From Bryobacterales bacterium (lineage in GTDB: Bacteria; Acidobacteriota; Terriglobia; Bryobacterales; UBA6623), in the NCBI GenBank assembly GCA_963422375.2, contig OY729428.2, forward strand, positions 2,624,001 to 2,688,000: DNA of 64,000 bases, in the 5' to 3' direction. Made by a program: the position numbers and the translations under genes. Numbering within the stretch: position 1 is the stretch's first letter; every line of letters starts with the position of its first letter. Positions 51,127 to 61,178 of this stretch are shown one piece after another. The notes under the pieces are model-generated. The model searched no databases, was not told where the DNA came from, and saw only the letters and a list, made by a program, of their open reading frames with translations.

Positions 51127-52928
51127 CCGCCCGCATCCTATTCAAACTCGGGCTCGTCACAATTTTCCCGCTGGCCGTCACGGCGGTCGCCGTGCTGCTG
51201 CTCGTCACGGAGATCACCAGCGGACATCTCGAGCGCGGCTTGGAGCAGAGCCTCTCCGAGAAGGCGCGCCTCGTGGAGACCGCACTGCAGGGCACGGAGG
51301 CGAGGCAGTACCAAGCAATGGCGACGGAGCTCGCCCGGCGCGCCCAAGCCCGCCTGACGGTCATCGCTCCGGAAGGCGCGGTGCTCGCAGACTCCAACGC
51401 CGACCCGGCCCGGATGGAGAACCACGCCAATCGCCCGGAATTCGTCGAGGCGCTGCGCGGGCGGACATCGGTCAGCCGCCGGTTCAGCAGCACCGTCGGA
51501 ACGGACTTCCTGTACGTCGCCGCCCCCATGGCCGGCGGAGGCGCAGTGCGTCTCGCCCTGCCACTCGAGGAGGTGAACGCCCTCGTCGCTGCCAGCCGCA
51601 ACGGGATCTCCACGGTGATCCTCCTCATCGTGGCGCCGCTGCTGCTGGCGACCGCCTGGTACGCGCGGCGCATTTCCTCGCAGCTCTCGAACCTCGTGTC
51701 CCTCTCGAACGAAATCGCGAAGGGCAACTTCGACATTGACGCGTCGATCTCGAAGCGCGGCGACCTGAGGGAGCTCAACGACCTTGCTCTCAGCCTCCAG
51801 ACCACGGCGGCCAAGCTGCGCTCCACGTTCAACCAACTCCAGGAGGAGCGATCACGCTTCGCGATCGCGGTCAACGGACTCGGCGAGGGCATCCTCGTCG
51901 TGGACCGCAGGTGCCACGTCGTGCTGTACAACCCCGCCATCAAGCGCATGTTCCCCGACGAGGAGCTGCGGACCAACTCCTCGCTCGACCGCTGGCGCAA
52001 CAAGCGGATCCCCGAGATCTTCCATCACTCCATCGAGCACGGGGAGGCCTACTCGACCGAGCTGTCCGTGCAAGAGCCCGTTCAGCGCTCGTGGCGCGTC
52101 TCGTGCGCCCCGATCAAGAGCCGCAAGGGCAACATTCGGGCGGTGGCGGCGGTGTTCCACGACGTGACCGAGCTCAAGGGTCTCGACCGGATGCGCCGCG
52201 ACTTCGTGATCAACGTCTCGCACGAGCTGCGGACACCGCTGGCGTCGATAACGGGCTACGCCGAGACGCTCATGGACGGTGCGATCCACGACACCGAGAA
52301 CAACCAGCGCTTCGTGCGGATCCTGTGGCAGAACGCGCGCCGCCTCGCCCAGCTGACCTCGGACCTGATGACCCTCTCGCAGATCGAGCTTCAGGCGCGG
52401 GAATTCGAGTACCGCAGCCAAGCCGCGAGCAAGCTCCTGCGGATGGCGGCCGACGAGATGCGGCCCGTCCTGGAGCGCAAGTCGCTAGCCCTGACCGTGG
52501 GGCGCGTGGATACCGACATCACAGTCGAGTGCGACGCGAGCGCGGTCCAGCAAGTCCTCGGCAACCTGCTCGACAACGCCGCCAAGTACACCCCGGAGGG
52601 AGGGCGGATCTCCGTCGGCGTCGAGCGCCGCGAGACGCGGCTGGAGTTCTACGTGCGCGACACCGGCATCGGGATTTCCAAGGAGCACATTCCGCGGCTC
52701 TTCGAGCGCTTCTACCGGGTTGACAAGGCCAGGTCGAGGGAACTGGGAGGCACGGGCTTGGGGCTGGCAATCGTCAAGCACCTCGTGCAGGCGCACAAGG
52801 GCACGGTCTGGGTCCGCAGCGAGCCCGGCGAGGGGTCCACGTTCTGGTTCGCGCTGCCCCTCAGCCAGCCGCTGTCCGGCGGACAGCCGCTCGCGCCCCC
52901 GGCCGGTCCCGAGCTCGCCCTGCAGTAG
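51123..52928 (+). CDS. PhoR-like sensor histidine kinase (2 TM, HAMP, PAS, HisKA, HATPase)
   Basis: MENHANRPE, FVINVSHELRTPL, NLLDNAAKY, DTGIGI, FERFYRVDKARSRELGGTGLGLAIVKH; ATGA overlap with the regulator. Confidence 0.92.
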   Translation: MTARILFKLGLVTIFPLAVTAVAVLLLVTEITSGHLERGLEQSLSEKARLVETALQGTEARQYQAMATELARRAQARLTVIAPEGAVLADSNADPARMENHANRPEFVEALRGRTSVSRRFSSTVGTDFLYVAAPMAGGGAVRLALPLEEVNALVAASRNGISTVILLIVAPLLLATAWYARRISSQLSNLVSLSNEIAKGNFDIDASISKRGDLRELNDLALSLQTTAAKLRSTFNQLQEERSRFAIAVNGLGEGILVVDRRCHVVLYNPAIKRMFPDEELRTNSSLDRWRNKRIPEIFHHSIEHGEAYSTELSVQEPVQRSWRVSCAPIKSRKGNIRAVAAVFHDVTELKGLDRMRRDFVINVSHELRTPLASITGYAETLMDGAIHDTENNQRFVRILWQNARRLAQLTSDLMTLSQIELQAREFEYRSQAASKLLRMAADEMRPVLERKSLALTVGRVDTDITVECDASAVQQVLGNLLDNAAKYTPEGGRISVGVERRETRLEFYVRDTGIGISKEHIPRLFERFYRVDKARSRELGGTGLGLAIVKHLVQAHKGTVWVRSEPGEGSTFWFALPLSQPLSGGQPLAPPAGPELALQ

Positions 52929-53000
52929 CGGGCCGGACGCGCCCGGGTCAGGCTATGATACGGGCACCGTCTCTCGCGTCACCCGGAGTACTCTGCGACC

Positions 53001-54575
53001 ATGTTCCATCCACGCACCAAGCTGCTGCTCGCGGGGCTCGCGCTAGCCGCCGCCCTGCCGGCCGCGCCCCCCGCAGGCCGGTTCGTGCCCATCTTCGACG
53101 GCGTCTCCCTGAAGGGGTGGGAGGGCGACCCTAGGCTCTGGACGGTCGAGGACGGCGCGATCGTGGGCCGGACCACCGCGGACGATCCGATTCCGGCCAA
53201 CTCCTTCCTGATCTGGCGGCAAGGGACCGTCGACAGCTTCGAGCTCAAGTTCGAGTACTGGATGGACGGAGGCAACTCGGGCGTGCAGTACCGGAGCGTC
53301 GAGAAGCCCCGCGAATGGGGCCAGCACATCCTAGGGGGCCTGCAAGCGGACTTCGAGGCGGGCGAGAGGCATACCGGGGGCCTGTACGGGGAGCGGTCGA
53401 GGAGGATCCTCGCGCGACGCGGGGAAAAGGTCCGGATCGGCGCCGACGGCAAGCCCCAAGTCGTCGGCAGCGTCGGCGACCCGGCCGAGCTGCAGAAGCG
53501 GATCCGCCTGGACGGCTGGAACAGCTTCCAGGTGATCGCCCGCGGCAACCACTACATCCACAAGATCAACGGGCACGTGATGGTGGACGTTATCGACGAC
53601 GACCCCGCTGCGCCGGTCTCGGGCCTGGTCGGGCTGCAAGTCCACCGCGGGCCGCCCATGACGGTGAAGTTCCGTAACATCCAGCTGAAGCGGCTCGAGA
53701 TGGCCCAGGGCCGGAAGGTCGTGTTCATCGGAGGCGTCAAGAGCCACGGCTACGGGTCCCACGAGCACACCGCGGGCATCAAGCTGCTGATGCGCGCGCT
53801 CCGACAGGGCTATCCCAGCATCCACTCGGTCGCTTACTTCGACGGGCATCCCGAGGACCCGACCGCGCTGGACAACGCCGACGCCGTGGTGCTGTACAGC
53901 AACGGCGGCATGAGGCATCCGTGGCTGGGCGCGATGGGCCAAATCGACGCGCTGGCGGCGCGCCGGGCCGGCATCGGCGCGATCCACTTTGCCGTGGAGG
54001 TCCCCGAGGGCGAGCCGGGCGCGAAGTTCCTCGACTGGATCGGCGGGTACTTCGAGCGCTGGTGGTCGGTGAATCCGCACTGGACGCTCCGGGACGTGAA
54101 GCTGGCGGAGGCTCACCCGATCGCCAGGGGCGTCGAGCCGTTCGAGATCAACGACGAGTGGTACTTCCAAATGCGGTTCCGCGCCGGGATGCGGGGCATC
54201 ACGCCGATCCTGCAGGCAGTGCCGCCGAAGGAGTCGATGAGCCGTCCGGACGGGCCGGCCTCCGGCAATCCCTACGCCCGCGCCGCGGTCGAGCGGCGCG
54301 AGATCCAGACGCTGATGTGGGCCAGCGAGCGTCCGAACGGGGGAAGGGGCTTCGGCTTCACCGGCGGTCACGTCCACTGGAACTGGGCGCACCCCGGCTA
54401 TCGCAAGCTCGTCCTCAACGCGATCGCGTGGATCGCCGGCGAGGAGGTGCCGCCAGGCGGCATCGAGTCGGGCCCGTTCGCCATGGTCGACATGCTCGCC
54501 CACCAGGACTACCGCCCGTGGGGCCGCTACAGCGAGGCGGATGTCCGGGGCATGGTGGGTTCCTGGGCCGAGTAG
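53001..54575 (+). CDS. Secreted DUF1080 (3-keto-disaccharide hydrolase-like) plus ThuA-like fusion
   Basis: IFDGVSLKGW, WTVEDGAI, GNSGVQYRS, GLVGLQVH, VKFRNI; then KSHGYGSHEH, IHFAVE, INDEWY, GRGFGFTGGH. Confidence 0.85.
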   Translation: MFHPRTKLLLAGLALAAALPAAPPAGRFVPIFDGVSLKGWEGDPRLWTVEDGAIVGRTTADDPIPANSFLIWRQGTVDSFELKFEYWMDGGNSGVQYRSVEKPREWGQHILGGLQADFEAGERHTGGLYGERSRRILARRGEKVRIGADGKPQVVGSVGDPAELQKRIRLDGWNSFQVIARGNHYIHKINGHVMVDVIDDDPAAPVSGLVGLQVHRGPPMTVKFRNIQLKRLEMAQGRKVVFIGGVKSHGYGSHEHTAGIKLLMRALRQGYPSIHSVAYFDGHPEDPTALDNADAVVLYSNGGMRHPWLGAMGQIDALAARRAGIGAIHFAVEVPEGEPGAKFLDWIGGYFERWWSVNPHWTLRDVKLAEAHPIARGVEPFEINDEWYFQMRFRAGMRGITPILQAVPPKESMSRPDGPASGNPYARAAVERREIQTLMWASERPNGGRGFGFTGGHVHWNWAHPGYRKLVLNAIAWIAGEEVPPGGIESGPFAMVDMLAHQDYRPWGRYSEADVRGMVGSWAE

Positions 54576-54594
54576 CCCGGCGGCCCCCCTCGCC

Positions 54595-56499
54595 TCAGGC
54601 GGTTCGCTCCCGCTCGGCCAAGCTGAACCTCTGGTGCCAGGTCGAGTCCGCTCCGCCACCGACGCGCGCCACGTTCGCTTCGATCAGGTAGGCGCGACCG
54701 TCCCGCAGCGCCGCCCGGCCGCGCCGGAAAGCCGCGTCCAGCTGGCTGCCGTGCTCCACCCGCTCGCCGGCCACGCCCTGCGACTCGGCCAGCTTGACGA
54801 AGTCGATGTCGGGATCGCCCAGGTACATACCGGTGTACTTGTTCCGCTCCACCATCTTGCCGCGGTAGCGGTGGTAGGCGTGCCGGACCGTCTGGTAGTT
54901 GCGGTTGTTGGAGACGACCGTCAGGACGGGGATCTCGTAGCGGGCCTGCGTCCAGAAGCCCGCGGCGCTGTACATCAGCGCGCCGTCGCCGATCGAGCAG
55001 ACGACCTCGCGGCCGGGCGAGGCCAGCTTGACGCCCGTTGACGCGCCGACGCCCCAGCCCAGGCCGAAGCCGGAGGCGGTGATCCAGGCGGTCTCGCCCT
55101 CGCGGTGACCCTGCCGCACGTGGGCGTGGTTCGCGGTCAGGTTCTCGCCGACGAGGATCGAGCCGGGGGCGATCCCGCGGCCAAGCGCGGCGCCGAGCTC
55201 GTCCGGGTGGATCGGCGAACGGCCGGCGGCGGCCTTGGCGGCGGCGTCCGCCGCGGCCAAGCGCTCCTCGTAGCGCTCGCGGTGGGCGCTGGCGCGCGGC
55301 TCGGCGATTCTGGCGCGGCGCTCAGCGGTGGTGATCGACTCCACGGCATCGATCAGATCGCGTATCCCGTCGCGCACATCGGCCACGAGCGGCTCGTCGA
55401 CGGGGTAGTTCCGGCCCATGTTGCCGCCGTCCATCCCCAAGCGCACGAAGCGCGCCGCGACCGGCGCCTCGGCCTCGGCGGGGACCACGCGCCCGCCGAA
55501 GTCCTCGGCCCCGAGCATGACCAGCAGGTCCGCGGCCGGGCCCGCCGCGTTCATGCGGAAGCGCCCCGCATTGTGCGGGTGGTGCGACGGGAAGTTCGCG
55601 AAGCCCTGCCCGTTGTTGGTTACGGGCAGCCCGAGGGTCTCGGAAAGCCGGATCAGGTCGTCCTGCGCGCCGGACCTCCAAACCTCGTCGCCCACGACCA
55701 GCACCGGGTTCGAAGCCTCGACCAGCATGCGCGCCGCCCGCTCGACGCCGTCCCGCGACGGTCGCGGGCGCGCGCGGCCGAGGAATCTCGCGCCCGGATA
55801 CACGTCTGCCTCGATGCCCTTCGCCTCGAGGGCGTGATGGGCTATCGCCAGGTACACCGGCCCTCCGGGAGCAGCCACCGCCGTCTTGAACGCCCGGCGC
55901 AGCATCAGGGCCAGCGAGCGGGGCTCGCGCGCCTCCCACGAAATCTTCGTGAACTGGCGGTTGATCTCCTTCTGGTCGTAGCCTGGGCTCGGCGCCAGCA
56001 CGGCCTCGTCGCTCCACATCTCGTTGTCGTTGAGGCCCGCTGTAACGACGAGCGCGGAGCCGTCCTTGGCCGCGTTGTACATCTGGCCGGCCGCTTGGGC
56101 AGTGCCGGCAACGACGTGCAGGTTGAGCAAGGCGGGCTTGCCGCTGGCCCGGTGGTAGCCGTCCGCCATCGAGACCACCAGTCCCTCGTGCAGGCCGAGG
56201 ATGAGCTGCATGCCGGGCTGGTCCAGGAAGGCGTCGAAGAACCCGACCTCGAACGAGCCTGGGTTGGTGAACAGGTACTCGACGCCCGCCGCCTTCATCT
56301 GCTCGACCACGGCCTCCCCGCCGCTGCCGCTGACCCGGGAACTGCCGTCCCCGTCCTGTCCCAGAACGGCCTCGGCGGCCTCCATCGGGCGAAGCACCGA
56401 TTCGGCGGCGACGGCCGTGAAGCCAGCCGCCACGAGGCGCTCGAAGACGCCCCTCCTCGAAAGCTTCCCGCACAGGTAGCGTTGTACGACTTCGCGCAT
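54595..56499 (-). CDS. Thiamine diphosphate-dependent enzyme (benzoylformate decarboxylase/ALS-like) with N-terminal extension
   Basis: YLFTNPGSFE, LGLHEG...MADGY, PGGPVYL, GLGWGVG, ThDP motif GDGALMY...VSNNRNY. Confidence 0.9.
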   Translation of the reverse strand: MREVVQRYLCGKLSRRGVFERLVAAGFTAVAAESVLRPMEAAEAVLGQDGDGSSRVSGSGGEAVVEQMKAAGVEYLFTNPGSFEVGFFDAFLDQPGMQLILGLHEGLVVSMADGYHRASGKPALLNLHVVAGTAQAAGQMYNAAKDGSALVVTAGLNDNEMWSDEAVLAPSPGYDQKEINRQFTKISWEAREPRSLALMLRRAFKTAVAAPGGPVYLAIAHHALEAKGIEADVYPGARFLGRARPRPSRDGVERAARMLVEASNPVLVVGDEVWRSGAQDDLIRLSETLGLPVTNNGQGFANFPSHHPHNAGRFRMNAAGPAADLLVMLGAEDFGGRVVPAEAEAPVAARFVRLGMDGGNMGRNYPVDEPLVADVRDGIRDLIDAVESITTAERRARIAEPRASAHRERYEERLAAADAAAKAAAGRSPIHPDELGAALGRGIAPGSILVGENLTANHAHVRQGHREGETAWITASGFGLGWGVGASTGVKLASPGREVVCSIGDGALMYSAAGFWTQARYEIPVLTVVSNNRNYQTVRHAYHRYRGKMVERNKYTGMYLGDPDIDFVKLAESQGVAGERVEHGSQLDAAFRRGRAALRDGRAYLIEANVARVGGGADSTWHQRFSLAERERTA

Positions 56500-56583
56500 G
56501 ACGGACCTCCCGCCAAGAGTCTACGCGAATCCCGCCGCCGAGTCGCCGGGACGTGGCCGGGCGCGCTCCCCTATCCTTGAACG

Positions 56584-57954
56584 ATGGACGCGGTCGCCGC
56601 CGTCGCCGACGGGTTCGCGAGGCTCGCCTGGGGCCCTTGGCTGCTGGTGCTCCTTCTGGGAGGGGGCTGCTACTTCTTCCTGTATTCGCGCCTGCTGCCG
56701 TTCCGGCATCTCGCGCACGCCCTGCGGGTGCTCGCAGGCAAGTACGACAACCCGTCGGACACGGGCCAAATCTCGCACTTCCAAGCTCTGAGCAGCGCTC
56801 TCGCGGGGACCATCGGCATGGGTAACATCGCCAGCGTTGCCGTCGCGATCCAGACCGGTGGCCCTGGCACGATCTTCTGGATGTGGGTATGCGCGATCGC
56901 CGGCATCGCCACGAAGTTCTTCACCTGCACGGCGGCCATCCAGTTTCGCGGGCCAGACAGCGAGGGCGTCATGCAAGGCGGTCCCATGTACGCCATCGTC
57001 TACGGCATCGGCAGGCGCTGGCGGCCTCTCGCGGTGTTCTTCTCGACATGCGCGCTATGCGGGACCCTGCCGATGTTCCAAGCCAACCAGCTGACGCAGA
57101 TTCTCCGGGACACCATCGCGATTCCGACGGGCCTCGTCGCGGATCCGTCGAGCCCGTGGAAGTTCAACCTGGCAGTCGGACTCGCTGTCTCTACGCTGGC
57201 CGGATGGGTGCTGTCCGGAGGGATTCGGCGCATCGGGAGGGTGGCTGCCCAGCTCGTGCCCGCGATGGTCGCGCTTTATCTCGGAACCGCCCTGCTGATC
57301 ATCGCCCTGAATCTCGAGAGGGTCCCGGAGGTGATGGCCCTGATCCTGACCGATGCCTTCTCCGGCCATGCGGTCGCCGGCGGCGCGCTAGGAACGGTGA
57401 TCGTCACGGGCGTGCGACGCGCCGCTTTCTCGAACGAGGCCGGCATCGGGTCCGAAGCTCTGGCTCACGGGGCGGCCAAGACCGACGAACCGGTGCGCGA
57501 GGGACTGGTGGCCATGCTCGGGCCGATAATCGACACCCTGCTCGTTTGCAGCGCGACGGCGTTGATCATTCTCGGCACGGGAACCTGGCTCGATGCGGGG
57601 AGCGAAGGCGTGACGGTCACCGCGGCCGCCTTCGAGCAGGCTCTGCCGGGCATCGGAATCTACATCCTCCTCCTGTGCGTAGTGTTCTTTGCCGTGAGCA
57701 CGGTCCTGACATGCGGATACTACGGAGAAAAGTCTCTCGGCTTCCTCGTCGGTGCCCAGCGGCAGGCCCATTACAAGTACATCTACGTGGCCGCCATCAC
57801 CATCGGGGCGGTGGGATCGCTGACCACGGTCCTCGACTTCATCGACGGCATGTACGGTTTCATGGCGATCCCGACAATGGTCTCTACGCTTTGGCTGTCC
57901 CCGCTGGTGATGCAGGAAGCGCGCCGCTACCTGAAGGCCGTCCCCGCCCGTTGA
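56584..57954 (+). CDS. Alanine/glycine:cation symporter (AGCS family)
   Basis: ISHFQAL..ALAGTIGMGNI, GGPGTIFWMW, GGPMY, GGIRRI, RAAFSNEAGIGS, IDTLLVCS. Confidence 0.95.
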   Translation: MDAVAAVADGFARLAWGPWLLVLLLGGGCYFFLYSRLLPFRHLAHALRVLAGKYDNPSDTGQISHFQALSSALAGTIGMGNIASVAVAIQTGGPGTIFWMWVCAIAGIATKFFTCTAAIQFRGPDSEGVMQGGPMYAIVYGIGRRWRPLAVFFSTCALCGTLPMFQANQLTQILRDTIAIPTGLVADPSSPWKFNLAVGLAVSTLAGWVLSGGIRRIGRVAAQLVPAMVALYLGTALLIIALNLERVPEVMALILTDAFSGHAVAGGALGTVIVTGVRRAAFSNEAGIGSEALAHGAAKTDEPVREGLVAMLGPIIDTLLVCSATALIILGTGTWLDAGSEGVTVTAAAFEQALPGIGIYILLLCVVFFAVSTVLTCGYYGEKSLGFLVGAQRQAHYKYIYVAAITIGAVGSLTTVLDFIDGMYGFMAIPTMVSTLWLSPLVMQEARRYLKAVPAR

Positions 57955-58844
57955 GCGCTTCGGCCGCATCGCACTCGCGCCCGACCGGCGCCGCCGGGAC
58001 CGGCTCGCGGCGCCGCTCGCTCCTCCCGGCCTCGCTCGTTGCCTGCCTCGCGCTGGCCGTGGCGCCCCGCCCCTCCCCCGCCCAAGCGAAGCTGCAGCCC
58101 GAGACGGTCAGGGCGTTCGAGGAGCACGCTCGGACGGCGGACCGGGATTTCGAGAGCCGACTGAGCGGCGAGGCTCGCTTCCTTCGCGTGTGGGAAGACC
58201 CGAGACGCGCCGACGCGGTGTCGCAAGGGAAAATCGCCGTGGCCGCGTCGCTGGAGATCGGCTACCTCGACGTGCCGGGCGGGCTGATTCACGACTGGAC
58301 CGCCGCCGCGCTAGTTCCCGGCGCTAGGGTGGAACAGGTGGTTGACAGCGTCACCTCCTACGACAGTCACGCGACAACATACGCGCCGATGGTCGTCCGG
58401 TCGCGGATTCTGTCTCGCGACGGCGGAAAGTACCGCGTCGCGATGCGGATGCTGGCGCGCAACGTGCTGACGGCGGTCCTCGAGACCGAGCATGCCGCGG
58501 AATTCGCGCGCATCGACGACGGGCGCTGGTGGGGCCGCTCGCGCAGCACCAGCATCCGCGAGGTGGTCCGCCCCGGCAAGCCGGGCGAGTCTCTCCGCCC
58601 GGTCGGCGACGACAGCGGTTTCCTGTGGCGGATGCGCGTCTTCTGGCGCTTTGCGCAGACGAAGGAGGGCACGGTCGCGGAGTACCGGGCGATCACGCTC
58701 ACTCGCGGCATTCCGAAAGCCCTGCGCTGGATGCTGCGGCCCGTGCTCACCGCCCTGCCGCGCAACGCGATGGAGGACGTGCTGCGGCTCACGCGAGAGG
58801 CCGCGCTGGCGCGCGGCGCGGGCGGCGCGCAGCCAGCACCGTGA
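57951..58844 (+). CDS. Secreted hypothetical protein, possibly START/SRPBCC-like fold
   Basis: Signal-like segment; DVPGGLIHDW, DDSGFLWR...WRF, AITLTRGIP. Start uncertain (TTG overlapping the upstream stop). Confidence 0.65.
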   Translation: MSASAASHSRPTGAAGTGSRRRSLLPASLVACLALAVAPRPSPAQAKLQPETVRAFEEHARTADRDFESRLSGEARFLRVWEDPRRADAVSQGKIAVAASLEIGYLDVPGGLIHDWTAAALVPGARVEQVVDSVTSYDSHATTYAPMVVRSRILSRDGGKYRVAMRMLARNVLTAVLETEHAAEFARIDDGRWWGRSRSTSIREVVRPGKPGESLRPVGDDSGFLWRMRVFWRFAQTKEGTVAEYRAITLTRGIPKALRWMLRPVLTALPRNAMEDVLRLTREAALARGAGGAQPAP

Positions 58845-58867
58845 AACGGGGTCTTACAATGGCCGCG

Positions 58868-60244
58868 ATGTACCTTCGCCTAGCTACAGCGGCGCTCGCG
58901 CTCGCGACGGCGCTCGCGGCCCGCCCTCCCAGCATCCTGCTCATCGTCTCGGACGACCAGGGCTACATGGACTTAGGGTCCATGGGCAGTCCGGATATCC
59001 TGACCCCGCGCCTCGACCGACTGGCTGCGGAGGGAGCCCGGCTGACGAGCTACTACGCGGCGTTTCCCGTCTGCACGCCGTCCAGGGGCGCGCTCCTGAC
59101 GGGGCGCTACCCGCAGCGCAACGGGACGTACGACAACTTCCGCAACGACCGGGTCAACGACGGCTACCGCTACCCCGCATACGAATACGCCATCAGCCCC
59201 GAGCGCATCCTCGGGATGGACACCAGAGAGGTTCTGCTGTCGCAATTGCTCTCCGAGGCCGGCTACGCGACCGCAGTCTTCGGCAAGTGGGATCTCGGCT
59301 CGCTGAAGCGATTCCTCCCGACCCAGCGGGGGTTCGACGACTTCTACGGCTTCGTCAACACCGGCATCGACTACTGGACCCACGAGCGCTACGGCACGCC
59401 GTCGATGTACCGCCGCAACGCTCCGACTCAGGAGGACAGGGGCAAGTACACGACCGACCTGTTCGAGCGGGAGACGCTGCGATTCATCGACCAGCACCAC
59501 GACGAGCCATTCTTCGTCTACCTCTCGTACAACGCCCCCCACGGCGCGTCCAGCCTGGACCGCGGCATTCGCGGGTTCGTGCAGGCACCCGGCGTGTGCC
59601 TGGACAAGTACGCTTCCCCGGACGGGCTCGCCGCCGAGAAGCGGCACAAGTTCATGGCCGCGGTCACGTGCATGGACGCCTCCATCGGGAGGATCCTGGA
59701 CCGCTTGAACGAACACGGCCTCCGCGACAGCACGATCGTCATCTTCGTGTCCGACAACGGGGCCGGAGGCGCCGGGGATTCGGGCCCCTTGCGCGGGCGC
59801 AAGGGGCAGATGTTCGAGGGTGGCGTCCGTGTGCCGTTCATCGTGCGCTGGCCCGGGCAGATCGAGCCCGGCACGGTCAGCGACGAATTCCTGAGCGGCC
59901 TCGAAGTGTTTCCTACGCTCGCCCGGGCCGCCGGCGCCGAGCTCCCCGACGGAGTCGAACTCGACGGATTCGACATGCTCGCGACGATCCGCGGCGAGGA
60001 GACGTCAAGGCGCGAGACGATGTTCTGGGAACGCCAGGGAGAGTACGGCGCGCGCGTGGGCAAGTGGAAGCTGGTCAGTTCGCGCCGCGGGGGAGGCCTG
60101 TTCGACCTGTCCGAGGATCTGGGCGAATCGAACGACCTCAGCGCCAAGCTGCCGCAAGTCCGGAAGCGCTTGGAGCGCCGCTACCGGGAATGGGTCCGGG
60201 ACATGGCGGAGGCGGCACCGAGAGGCCCCTTCAAGGACTACTGA
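58868..60244 (+). CDS. Formylglycine-dependent sulfatase
   Basis: PSILLIVSDDQGY, CTPSRGALLTGRY, FGKWDLG, SYNAPH, FVSDNG, FEGGVRVP, LFDLSEDLGE. Start 58868 (leaderless) or 58859. Confidence 0.93.
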   Translation: MYLRLATAALALATALAARPPSILLIVSDDQGYMDLGSMGSPDILTPRLDRLAAEGARLTSYYAAFPVCTPSRGALLTGRYPQRNGTYDNFRNDRVNDGYRYPAYEYAISPERILGMDTREVLLSQLLSEAGYATAVFGKWDLGSLKRFLPTQRGFDDFYGFVNTGIDYWTHERYGTPSMYRRNAPTQEDRGKYTTDLFERETLRFIDQHHDEPFFVYLSYNAPHGASSLDRGIRGFVQAPGVCLDKYASPDGLAAEKRHKFMAAVTCMDASIGRILDRLNEHGLRDSTIVIFVSDNGAGGAGDSGPLRGRKGQMFEGGVRVPFIVRWPGQIEPGTVSDEFLSGLEVFPTLARAAGAELPDGVELDGFDMLATIRGEETSRRETMFWERQGEYGARVGKWKLVSSRRGGGLFDLSEDLGESNDLSAKLPQVRKRLERRYREWVRDMAEAAPRGPFKDY

Positions 60245-60482
60245 GCTAAGAGCCGGCTAGGGCGATCTCGAATCGGGACGGTGCTCCGGTCGCGCGGCTC
60301 CGCGCGGACACGCGCGGTTGCTGCCTGCCGGGCCGAACTGGCTGGAAGAATCGGCGAGTCCGGCCTGGAGTCGGCTCTCTCCGGTTCGGCGCTTGGGTGC
60401 TCGCCGGCTCGGTCCACCGTGAGGGCAAGCTCGTCGCGACCGCGGTCGGCTTGCCCGGTACGAAATCAAGCGCATGATGATT

Positions 60483-61178
60483 TCAAGAACGCCGATCGTA
60501 TGTCCCGCGAAAGCCCATCCATGACAAGACGGTTCGCGGAGGGAAGCGCGGATCGCCTTCCACCGGCCGGACGGCGAACCTCTCCAGCGTACGCGAGAGC
60601 AGTCGGACCCGAACTCCCGCGTGACGCACCGCACGGGCGAGTTCGTAAAGGCTCAGGCCTTCCTCCAATGCCAGCCGCAGGAGGCTCTCGGGCTTCGCGC
60701 AAACGAAAAGCTCGTGCAGCAGGAAGCGCTCGTCGCTTTCGGGGCGCGGCTTGCACAGAACGGCCGCCATTCCGTCCGTGGAAGGGCAGGCACCGACGCC
60801 CGCCATGTGCCTCCGAAGCAAAGTGCTCAGGAAGCGGTGCGACGGGGTTGGTCGCGATGACGGCCGACGCAGAGCACGCGGATGAACGAACCATTCCAAT
60901 GGCGGGGGTTCGAGCGTCGGCTCTCCCGTCAAGAGCGTGCCGGGACGAGGCGGAGGGTTGCCCGGGGGGCCAAAGACGCAGTTGCGATCCCCGCGCAGCT
61001 CCTCATCGGGATTCTTGCCACACCTGACATAGTGCTCGACGATCCGCCGTTCCCGCTCTGCGACGAGTTCTTCGTCTGTCGGCATGCGGTGCCCTGGAAC
61101 CGGGCGAGGGGACCGGAAGTACGCACGAACGGCGTTCAAGTCTAGAGCACCCAAGCAGACCATCCCATCGAGTCTCAT
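60483..61178 (-). CDS. Hypothetical protein translationally coupled to the AbiEii-like gene
   Basis: 231-codon ORF whose ATG overlaps the upstream TGA (61175-61178); no family recognised. Confidence 0.65.
   Translation of the reverse strand: MRLDGMVCLGALDLNAVRAYFRSPRPVPGHRMPTDEELVAERERRIVEHYVRCGKNPDEELRGDRNCVFGPPGNPPPRPGTLLTGEPTLEPPPLEWFVHPRALRRPSSRPTPSHRFLSTLLRRHMAGVGACPSTDGMAAVLCKPRPESDERFLLHELFVCAKPESLLRLALEEGLSLYELARAVRHAGVRVRLLSRTLERFAVRPVEGDPRFPPRTVLSWMGFRGTYDRRS

Noticed and set aside
56883..58858. 653-aa and 571-aa ORF calls suggesting long N-terminal extensions
   Set aside because: The extensions overlap upstream genes in other frames; signal peptides and promoter spacing point to starts near 57951 and 58868.
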